A stretch of 61,393 nucleotides of DNA, filler included, from Choristocarpus tenellus KU-1152 (lineage: Eukaryota > Protista > Phaeophyceae): the NCBI GenBank assembly GCA_964200185.2. It is 5 parts of 5 records of this genome, joined end to end, with 100 filler letters (N's around TTAATTAATTAA, not from the genome) between each part and the next. Parts side by side here need not be neighbours in the genome. Positions count along the whole stretch, not along the records: positions 1 to 28,737 come from CAXNAD020000119.1; 4 more parts are not named here. One strand, 5' to 3'. The position numbers and the translations under genes are program-made. Positions within the stretch are counted from its first letter, which is position 1. Each line of letters opens with the position of its first letter. The notes beneath the pieces were generated by a model. That model did not search any database and was not told where the DNA came from. It saw only the letters and a list, made by a program, of their open reading frames with translations. Positions 1-16,088 of the stretch are shown piece by piece.

Positions 1-67
1 CCAAAAAAGTGAAAATCGAAAAAAGGGTAAAAAACGGACGCCGACCCCCCCCCAGATACTTTGACCC
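1..67. mobile_element. Possible terminus of a related TIR element
   Basis: Ends AGATACTTTGACCC, similar to the MITE terminus AGATACTTTGGCTC but with different internal sequence. The other end is outside the window. Confidence 0.3.
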
Positions 68-2899
68 TTGTCAATTCCTCTTTAATATCCATTGTTCAGG
101 ACAGAGCCAAGGGGGACTCACTCTGTAACGTCCATTATCCGGACAATGCTTTGCCATGCATAAGGGCATACTAAGTTGTGCCATGTGAGTCTTACATTTT
201 CTACAGTTGAGAGGTGCTTGCCTATGTGATATAGGTGCTTCTGTTACCACTCTAAGTTACTCCTACTCAACCTACAGGATGTCAAAATGTAGACGGCTAG
301 AAAAAACGATAATATTTCATCAACCAATTAGACATCATAATATATACGAAATACATTTGCATCGTGGTTGATTGATAAACGCACATTCTTACTTCCTAGT
401 TTGATGCATATTATACAATGGTGCTCAAACATTTGGCAGATTATGGCATGGAGAAGGAAAAACAACAAACAAGCTCCGACCAGTGGAAAGGAAAACAAAA
501 GAGATGATGTACATAACAAAGGCAACAATGCAGAAAAATGCACATAGAAAATAGGAAAAAAGATCACACACACAAATATAAAAGGGGAAGAAAACAAAAG
601 AAAAACTCAACATAAAATAAAAATATAATACCCAGCAGTAAAGTAAAAAATACAACAGGTATCGACTCCACCATCAAAGACCACAAAGAGTGTAAGGAGG
701 GGCATATATATATGTACATCCGCTCCGACTCATACATCAGAAAATCAGATCAAATCCTCTGCACCCGCCAGTAACACATAGATACCTTCACCAGTACCAA
801 GAAGATGACCTAGGCCTCACCTCATTTCCAACCCAAAGTTCAGCATGCAGTGACGGGTGTTGGGTGACTGGTCCCCTTTGCAGGGTATGCTGTGGCTGCT
901 TCGGCATCCTTCATACTTATTACGCCACACATCCATGTTGTGTTTGGCTCCATCCCCCACGCACCTGCACAACTTCTTAAGATCCTCCTCAACTATACGT
1001 TACTTTTCAGCTGGAATTCTGAAAAAAACAATATCATCTCGGAGACACCACCACCACGAGTTTTTCTCTGGTACTGTCATCTTCCCCTATGGATTTCCAG
1101 CTGGAAGTTCTCCCCAAACATCTACTTCTTGGGTAATGAGCATTGTGTAGTGTGATATGAAACCTGCAAGCTTTAGTCAACTTAATTGGAGTGTAGTTAC
1201 CTTAATGTTCTCACAGCCAGTTCTCACTAGTGCTTGCCTGCATATCAGGGGGCGGTAGGTACGTATGTTTCCGTGTATAGAACCTGGTGCAGTACTGGAC
1301 ATGAAGCTGAGTGTAGTACTCTTTAGTGTTCTTGTCATGTAGCCATACAGCAAGTACAGGGAGGTTGGGTAGGGACATTTTTGTTCTTTTTCACTTTCGT
1401 ATCAACAAAACGGAATAGGTTTTCATGGCATTTTCTTGTCCAAGACCCTCAAAACTCTAATAGTGTAGTAACATAGAAGAAGCGAACATGGTTGAGTGAA
1501 GGGAGCACTTGTATGTGAATTCACTCCACCCCTTCTTTGGCTTGACAGGGAAATCCAAAATGGAACCGTTCCCTTGGAGGTTTCTAGATTACGAGACATC
1601 GCTCTATATTGAAACAAATAATAAATAAATACTAGAAATGGGTACCTCCCAAAGCAAATCAGGGTAAGGTTTCATGTAGAGAGCAATTGACTATAAAACG
1701 AAGAGATTGCAACCCTCAACTGTCTGGGAGTGGTATGTATGTCTAAATGACCTGTTCCATAAGCCAGGCTTTCAAAATGTGGCATGTTGCTGAAGAATGT
1801 GGGAGTCCCTCCTTCAAACTTTGTCCACACAACTACCACTGCTGCAAAATAGCACTGATACCCATGTGAGCCATGCAAACATTTAGAGACACGAAATCAG
1901 TATGAAGGTCTGCAGTGAGCGCAAAAGAATTGCACACATACATGTGGCAATCAGTCAATAAGATTCACTCACCATGCAAACTCCTTTCCTCACCTAAAAT
2001 CTTGGCACCACTCACCATTGTGGGATGGGTTAGCCACAGAAAAAAAATCAGAAACACCACAATGGGGGGCTACACCCACCAAATTGCTATCGTTTGGCTC
2101 AGGTATCCTACCCAGGAATCAAATGTTCTTGGAGGTATCACAAAGAGGTTTCGCGTCTGTCTATACCGAAATATTTTTTCACCCCATCAGAAACACAGTG
2201 CCTGCATCGCACACCTTCCTTTTGTCACCTGCCTGTTCCATGTTTCTGTTTGTTCCAACGAGTAAAATACAGCTATAAAATTGGTGGTGCGACAATTTGA
2301 GGACAAACAGGAGTCCTGCCAACAATACACTTGTGGATCAGTATGATGTTATGAATAATACCGACAATACTCACATAAGCTGCATAAGGGATATTTCCAA
2401 TACTTTCTCTTGTCATCAGTATCTTCGGCAAGTCATTATCCTCAGCCGACTCCATTACTGATATACTTTCTTTCTTGGTAGATCCAACTAGTGCAGAACT
2501 TACACCAATCAGCTTAACCCATTTTGTCACATTGAGTCAACATGATTCCTTCACTCTGCATCTTTCCGTATCAACCCTTTGTTTGTATGATAACAGTTTC
2601 ATACTTCCATCCAAAAATTTACCATTTAATATTAATCGTGGAGCTCAAGACAAAACAAAATTGGATAGTGCAGTGCATGGAAGGGCTACACAAGTGATGA
2701 TCATGGGACATTAGGCGTGCAGGAGGAAAACGACCACTTCATGAGTGAATTTGAAAACGACTCATGCGTATGAAGGCCACAAAATTGCTTGTAGGTTACA
2801 TCCATAACCTAGTCACAGCCGGGAAGGTGCAATCCTTTGAAAAATATTGTGATGACGGAATAATGTTTCTACCTGGCATTTCAAACATATCAAAAAGCA

Positions 2900-5800
2900 T
2901 CACTTGCAGGGTAATCTTTTCCATCCATTCTTGATCAGGTTCTTCTCGATTCCATCCAGGTGGGCAAGCCCCACCACCCCTACAGTACGTTTGCCCCCAG
3001 AGTTGATCAGGCTATTTGCCATGTACTGTTCAAGTGGAGGATAGACATAGGGGAACCAATAAGGGTGTGTTGAATATGTGTAAGTGAATGTAGAAGGGTT
3101 GAGATAACTCGATGGTGCAAGGGCACCATAGCAACAGCTACACAAGTACTTCCAACTATGTTGGAGGATCAATCTCATCAGATTCCAGCAGGCAACGAGT
3201 CCACAATGAGTCAACACCAGTAGCAACTAGGAGGTGGCTAATACAATACCATACCTGGTAAAGGGATCATGCGATATGTATATACCACGCATAGAAATAG
3301 GTACCAATGCAGACAAGGTCACTTCACAAGATACTGGGAAAATCCCTACGGCCGCAGCAAATGACGATTGGTCTCTCATCAGAGGATCGATGGAGATATC
3401 AGTCAAGCAAGCGAGGACAAGCAGGTCGGTTGCTCCTCTGCGGTGACAGGGGAAGGGGATAGAATAAAACAGCAAGCGCCCTGGAAACACAGTGGTCACG
3501 AGTGAGTCTTGGTGGGCTGTACTGCATATGGGACGAGGTGCAACAGCTCAGTGGAGTGGTAGGTGACATCTGGTGCAGCACTTCAAGAACAGCATTGAGC
3601 AAGCAACTCTCCTCAACGGAGACCAACCACACTGCACAAGCACTAAAGTGAACACTCTCTTCCTTGAGAGGCGCATTCACCCCAGTGTTTCTTCTGCAAT
3701 TTTGGCCTATTTTCCGCCTTCAGGGATTTGCAACTGGCATATGACAATAGTCCTGTACTGTAAAGGTACTGCAAATGAAGACAACACAGAAAGTAGAAAC
3801 CACGGGGTTGGAATCCTTGAAGGACGGCCTTTGGGATTCATGCTTCTTTGCTCACCACATCCCGTTCTCCAAGCATGGCGTTGTAGACCTCTGGTGCTCC
3901 CTCTTGCAGAAGTGCAGACAGCTTTCGCATTGTTTGTCGTTGTTTAATGATCTGGTGTAGTGAAGGGGGAAGCAATAATCTATGTAAGCGAGGTCAAAAA
4001 AAGGAGGCGGGGGTAAGGGACTCGCTGGGAAAGTACATCAATTCCCACCCACATCCATTCTCTATCCACGCCCACACTAGATGTTGCTTACAACAATAAA
4101 AAGAGACCAATGGTCAGAGCTATTTATTTTTCTGTGATGGATTAAAGCGTGAGGCACGCTTCTGTGTCATTGTACAGGGTCTTCAAGAAACAAACAAATC
4201 CAGTCACTGGAACAGCATGTGGATTTCATATTCACCTCGACGGCGCTGTTGATCTTGTCAGCCTCTCCGGTGGTGATGCCTTGCATGGACGACTCCAGCT
4301 CAGGGATTTGCATCTCACCCAGGCGGTTCATATCTGTTACACGAAGCGCCTCTGTCAGCCGCCGAAGAGTTACCTTGTTGACAGGAGAGAGGACATTTTG
4401 GAGCTTTCAGGTTTTAAGGATTTGAGGCAAAGCAGATAAAAAAGAATGGTGGTAGAAAGCCAGTGCCGCATTTCACAGGGCTGTAAGAGTGGAGGTCGTT
4501 TGTCATCAAGTAAATCAATGCAGGAAAACGTGGATGTTGGTTGGTTCTATTCAGGCTACCATCACTGCAAGCACTGCGGATGAAAGACAAATCTGTAACC
4601 AAAAGATCAGCGAGGCAGAGGATAAGAGAAGCAGCAGCTATATGTATGCACCGAAGAGACTTGCTCCAATCAACACATTGCGCGTTCAGAGATGCCATCA
4701 GTACATTCCTCCATGAGCAATTTCTGAGTGACATAAAATAGGGTTGTGCCATTGTGTGATACATGCAGTCCAGTGGAGAAATGATACCCCACAGTCCGGC
4801 AAGGTGATTGTTCAGGGCAACAATGATGAGAATGTTTCAAGGGTCAACAATCAACCTTTGCCACCACGTTGCAATACGGCCGGGATCAGGTTCCATGTAC
4901 TTTAGGGTGAAGGAAAGATCTGGGAGTTGAGAACCCAAGGCTGGGGGGAATGGAATATCATGGTATCACATTGAGGCCTTTAAGAAGTACAGCAGAACAA
5001 AACCTTGGGCATCAGTGGACTCAGTGGACTCAAATTTGCTCATAGGTGTGGTTTTGTTGGATCGAGTCAAGTTTGCAAAGGCAATCAACCACCCAGGAGC
5101 TGTTTGGTGCCTCTAATGGTACCACTTCATTATTTAAAAGGTGATTTACATCATTTTAGTTTCCAAAAAAAAAGCCTACTAAGATCACTCCCTCCTTCAG
5201 TGCAAGCACTAGTGTTCAAGGGAGGGTATACCCTCACCACCAGACTAATTGTTGCAACAAAAAACATGAGTTGAATGCAGGTACTGGGAGGTAGATCTCT
5301 ACAATCTGCATTGAAGCACGGTCCCATATAGTCTCGACACACCACACATGTTCTACATTTCATTAATGGATACATTTCACTCACGTTGACGTCCCTGTCA
5401 CCCAGAAGAATTTTTGCCCTCAAGACTTTGGCCTCACGGATGGCCACTGTAAATTCCTGTCCAGACACAAACCCTAGCTTATCTGCAGAAACATAATGTT
5501 TTACCAAAGAATGCAAATGTAGGTAAGGCCATTTGTGGGGGAGGGGAATTGTGGACTGAACTTGGGATGGGGAAGGGACACCAGTGGGAAAGGTAATGTT
5601 CACACTGCACGTTGCTGGTTGAAATGTACATCTAGTAACTCATATATCAGCACCTCTCAAACAAGCCCGAACAACACACAAAATAGAAACAGGACAGAAA
5701 GGATACACTCGTTATCACAATATGCTGGAGAAATCAAATCAACTCTTCCTTCCTGAGTACACAAGTGCATACATTTCCATCTCTTCCATCTTTAAACCTG

Positions 5801-7333
5801 CCGAATCCTCACCCATTGACTCGTACATCTTCGATATCGTCTTGCCAACAATCACGGCAGCAAAACCGTTGACCCGTTCAGTGAAGGACACTTCAGGGTT
5901 GAAGAAGTCTTGAAAAAAGGTTCTGACAAAGTCTGTCTTTTTGCGAGCTTCACCTGCCTGTGCAGTCAGTTGGATTACCGCCGACCCCCACCCACCGAGC
6001 CGGGAGCTGTTGGAATTGTGCTTCAGCTCCTTATTTTTGCAAACATTTATACAACTAAAGAGCACTGCAATAGCCCAGCGTTTTACAAGGATTGTTCAAA
6101 CTGCATAGGAGGGAGAGTACGAGGAAGAGCTTCCTCCAGTTCCATTGATTCAATATATTTTTCGTTGGTAACACAGCATATCTCCTGTGCACAATATCTC
6201 TTGCATATTTCCGCAAACTCTCTTCTAGAGACATGTGCTTACCCACCTTGGCCTCATTCTCAAATCCAGCCACCCTGCTTTGGTCAAGCTCCACCATGAC
6301 CACGTCTGGTTTGATGCGACGGATAATCTGCTCCACAAGCTGCAAGTCTCATCGCGTATTTCGATTTACATATTGTCAATGGGAGGCTTGACGGCAAGGT
6401 TTTCTGAGTGAAATCATGTCAAACAATCAAAAGGCATTGATAATGAAGTAGTACGAATGGGTATTTCCACGCTGGCGGTCCTTGAACATTCTAGTCAACA
6501 CCGCCTTGTCAGTGGCTGCTCCCTCCCTTGTAAGCTCTCGAGGTAGGACCCACTAGCTACCACTACACCTGCATCAACGGTCGAGCTCGAAACTGCCTGA
6601 ACTACTTCCACCTAGCAATGCCACATGCAAGAGTCAAGTCCATCTAAGGAATCGTCTTATGGCAATCCTTGAGATTGAGCTGGTTGAAATTTGGCTAGCC
6701 TGCGAGGTGGGGAGGGCGAGTCTACCGTCATTGTGCACAAATCCGCCAAAAATCATAGAGTCTACCTGAGCGCTGGAGTTGGAAATATGTGCTGTCCCTA
6801 CCATCCACGCCTCCTGTCCAGATCTTGAGTCCCGTATATGAAGGACTGCATCGTCACACAGAATATCTGGTGGACTGACAACAGCGCCTGCCACTCGAGG
6901 AGCTACCGCCCAAGCAGTAGCCCAGGTCATGAACAGTTCGCCCGTCTGTTGAATAAGCTCTCTGTATATATTGGTAATCGGACAGCGAGGAGGTCGTTCA
7001 CATATGTGATAAGAGAGGTAGTGTGAACAGCAAGTTGCACCTACCTTATTCTATTCCTACCTGGCCGTATTTGATCCCACCCTTGCTGCGACAGGAACTC
7101 CTCGGCTCATAGGATTCAAGGGCATACCAACCAGAATTTAGGGTTTGATCAAGAACTGTATCTATGGGACCTCACCGTCTGTCCAACTGCGAGTCAATTC
7201 CCATTGAGAGACCTTTCCGACTGCAAGTCCCAACGAGGTTTGATCTACTGAGCGTCGGCAAATGGGTGAATCCCACTACACCCGTATGTATCCACATAAT
7301 AGACAAAACACATAAAGCTGCACGGAAAGTCAT
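2900..7333 (-). CDS. TraB/PrgY/GumN-domain protein (TRABD-like), 8 exons, ~349 aa, with predicted plastid/thylakoid-lumen presequence
   Basis: Exons 7333-7176, 6961-6766, 6339-6247, 5957-5813, 5482-5385, 4373-4236, 3951-3856, 3025-2900. All introns are GT-AG, phases are consistent and the total is 1050 nt. TraB family motifs occur in order: MVGTAHIS, PDVVMVELD..R, GQEF..A.REA, LLGDRDVNVTLRRL, ERDVYMA, VGVVGLAHLDGI. Confidence 0.88.
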
Positions 7334-7565
7334 GATTGTGGGATGTGGTCTTCGATTTCCAACATGAAGCAGCATTTCAATTCATTGTGGTGATGAAGGA
7401 AGGCATTTATCGTGTGATATATATGTGTTTTTTTGGAATGGACCGTAAATATTACGGAACTCAAGAAAATAATATTACACCTCATCCCACACCTCAACCA
7501 TTCTCGCGACATCGATCAAGCCGTAAGCACGAATCTGTGCACGCATTTGACGCTACCAAGAAAAA

Positions 7566-9887
7566 ATGTCAGGAGTTTCTACTAGACCTCCTGCTTTGTT
7601 CCTTTCGCATGGTGGAGGTGGGTTCGAGCTTTGTTGGAGACTGGTTGTCAAGCCCGTATAGCGGATCAAGAACATTGTTCAAGTGCTTCTGGATGTTTAC
7701 CTCTTTTGACATGAACTTTTCTGGAATCATAGCCTTTCCTTTCGCCAGATATCATTTTGTTGATTTTGAAGAATAAGCAATTCTGTCGCTGTTCGTGACC
7801 TTAAATTTGTCCTGTGGTCACTCACTTAGGGCCATGTTTCTTTATGGACGACGACAAAGGAACGTTCAGATACCTCAACTGCAATAGTGAACCTGCCGAA
7901 TGGTTTCGTTCGCTTGCCAAGGGATGGGAGAAGCCGTCGGCGATCGTAGTCATCTCGGCCCATTGGGAGGAGCGAGACCAAGTTCTCGTCACCTCTTCCT
8001 CGAAGCACCCCCTACTCTTCGACTACTATGGTTTTCCGGACTACACCTATGAGATCGAGTATCCGTGCCCTGGAGATCCGACCCTTGCCCAGAGTATCAT
8101 TGAGCTTCTCCGAGCCGGTGGTGTGGAGGCAGGAGCGGAGGAGACCCGGGGATACGATCACGGGGTGTTTGTCCCACTCAAGTTGATATACCCCGACGCT
8201 GATATTCCCGTTGTTCAGGTGCGATCCTATGCATTAATTGTCATGACAACGTCCATAGCCTACCAACGCCCGTTTCTCCAGTCTCGTTTGATTTGACCGG
8301 ATGGGAGGTTTGATGTGGTCGTATAACCTTGCACGATTGTACAGTTCTACCGAGTTTGTAGACCTATTTTATTTGGTGTGATTTAGAGGAATCAACGAGC
8401 ATATTATTGGAGAGATAAATACTCCTGTGGTACTGGATAAACTTCCTCATTGTTTTTACAATGTCGCTTTTCCTTACTCCGGTTGAAACCACGCAGGTTT
8501 CAATGCGAGCTAGCCTGGGCGTGGAGCAGCACATGAAGATAGGGATGTTGCTGTCTGACTTACAGGAGAAACACAGTGATATTCTTGTCATTGGCAGCGG
8601 TCAGGTATGTATCTTTGGATCTTTGTATTTATGAGTTTGTTACCTAGAAGATTGTGCCGATTCAGCCGTTTTGTAGCTCGCGGTGTGCTTAGGAGCTGAC
8701 ACCTCTAACTTTCCTGGTCGTTACAAATGAAAATGGGTAAGCTTTTTAAGTTGAAGTTTATAGAGTCTAGGTAGAGCTCCGCCTCTGTGTATGTTGAAGG
8801 TATGCAAGAGATTACCGACATGGGATTGATGATGCTGTATACATCCAAGTGACTAAAAGTTCTTAACAGGGTACCAAATATAGAATATTCGGCATTAATG
8901 GGATGAGCGATAGACCTGCTGATTGCAAGTCACCCCTGCTGACCCTTCACAAGCAAAAAAGCCCCCCCGACTGTTACCAAGCATTTTGTATTTTTGGGAC
9001 ACTTGTATTTGATTGCCGTTTCCTGTATAGAGAGGGGATTGTGGGGAAGTTCAAAGCAATTGTAGTGTTGGGGGTTGGATGTTGGGCTAGACCTGAACTT
9101 GACACCACAGCCCAGTCTCCACCTTTCATACTCTTCCCGTTCAGAATACAGAGGTTAAGCCCTATCCGCAAGGAAAGTTGAATCCTCTCCCTTGTATTAT
9201 AGAGCTGTTGCACACACAGGATGTGCAGCATCTTCCCACATACAGAAGTTAAGCACTATCCACAAATAAGCTTGAATCCTCTCTCATTGTATCGTAGAGC
9301 ATCTTCCCACATCACTTACAAAAATGTGACCCACCCTTAAATTGTGGGTAGCACCTTACTGAGCGCTGGGCAGTGACTATGTGGCACCTCCAACCACTCC
9401 TGAATGTTGCTGATATCTGATGAGAAGCAGGGAATAACTTAGGTTGCAACCACTTCCATTATTTATCTAACATGTTTGACACCACCTGCAGCTAAAACCT
9501 TTGCTGCTTTCACCTGATCAATCATAGGCTACTCACAACTTGAGGACGATGGATCCATCATACCCTCCTGGTGTCGGTCGAAAGGAAGAGGACGGATTTG
9601 TCAAGTGGCTCAAACAAACAATGATAGATGAGGATCTCCGTCCTGAGGATAGAAAGGTCCTCCTGCGGTTGTGGGAAGAGAAAGCACCTCATGCCCGACT
9701 AGCTCATCCCCGTGAAGAGCACCTTCTACCACTGCATGTGGTGGCAGGCTATGTTGGATTTTCACCTGGGAAAACTGTGTACGATCGCTTCTTCTTAGGT
9801 ACAATGTCTCTCCTCTCGTTTGTGTTCCCACACAAATCCATAACCTCATCTTCAGATTCAGTGCTGCCACATTCTAGTGAGGTGTGA
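7566..9887 (+). CDS. LigB-family (class III) extradiol ring-cleavage dioxygenase, 4,5-DOPA dioxygenase (DODA/YgiD)-like, 4 exons, ~302 aa
   Basis: Exons 7566-7617, 7830-8218, 8497-8604, 9528-9887 (909 nt, GT-AG). Motifs LFLSHGGGP, VISAHWE, DYYGFP, RGYDHGVFVPL, IPVVQVS, GSGQATHNLR, AHPREEHLLPL. Confidence 0.92.
9152..9311 (+). repeat. Imperfect direct duplication (~65-90 bp x2) in DODA intron 3
   Basis: gttaagc.ctatcc.caa...ttgaatcctctc...ttgtat..tagagc...atcttcccacat occurs twice in tandem. Confidence 0.7.
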
Positions 9888-10896
9888 TGATTGCCTATAT
9901 CTGCATGACCTTTTAGAAGTCTGAGGGGGTAATTCTGTACATACTCACATAAATTGTATACTACTTGTAAGTATGGCCCTACCTCATGTATGTTTCATAA
10001 CCGACCTTAAAAGTGTTGGATAAACACCTTAAGGGGTGTTTGTTCATACACACTGTGGGTGGGATAAGGATGAGACCAGATTTTCCATATTTGATTTCCT
10101 TGTGGATGGAATGAGTATTTCTCTCCTGCATGAAGTTTACCTTGACCTTACATCCTGTTTTCTAGAAGGTACATGTTAACCCTCTGCCCTTAAACTCTTC
10201 AAGTTTTTGTTGACAGTCAACAAATAAGAAACTGGTAAATGCATAAATTTTGTATTTGAACACACTCTAATAATGCAACCGTATTTTAGCATGGTTTTCT
10301 CACAAGTATGAAAGACTTGAATGAATAAAGCTTACCATCCAGAATCGCTTCATCTCTGCTTCATATCCGCTATATCTTGTCTGCAACCACAAATGATTGA
10401 CACCAAGTTGCTTCAGTTTTAAAACATAACTCTCCAATTGACTATCAGAATATACAAGAGTTGAACATACAGGAGGTATGTAGCATACAGCCAAATGGAC
10501 ATGGTGTTACAGGTTGAGATCACTTCTAGACTGCAGGTGTTGCTCACTTGATCATAATACAGGCTGGCATCATGGTCAACCACAATCAAGTTTGATATGA
10601 GGAAGATGAAGAATAGCAAGTTAAAAAAGAAATGGAAGCAGCAGTGTGACAGTGGTCAACAAGCAGCAAGAGAGCTCAAAAGAGGAGATATACTTCAGAG
10701 TTGAATTCTTCTCAAGAGATTCCCACACTCTGAAAGTCTCACACAACCTTAGGTGCTGCTTTCTCCCCATTACAGGGGCATTTGCCGTAGCCAGCAGCAT
10801 ACCCCAGCCCTGTCCATTACTAATATTCTCATATTTGATTACCACCAAGCTGTGGATGGTCATCTACACTAACAACACCAAATTGCAATGGCGGCC

Positions 10897-15795
<4,899 letters not shown>

Positions 15796-16088
15796 GTTTG
15801 AAGGATTGGAAATGTAAGGCTAGATGGGATTGGGGGGGGGGTTGTGTGAGGCTTGTGAGCTGAACGTGAATAGTGGCCCTCAAAACGGGAGTTTGTATTC
15901 TGATTGAAGCGTCGGTTATATTTTAGTGGTTTGATAAAGGTTTTGTCCACCAACCTACTTTGACATCTCAGGTCCTAACGGCGCGCTTCTTAGGGTCGAG
16001 GCGATAGGATCAAACATCTCAGACTAACACTAAGCTTGGGTTACCGTAGTGAAAGCACCGCAGTAAATAAAATAGTGCATAAGAGTCG
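15796..16088. promoter_or_regulatory. Probable bidirectional promoter shared by RACK1 and NMD3
   Basis: Only 293 bp separate the two divergent ATGs. No specific element could be identified. Confidence 0.55.
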
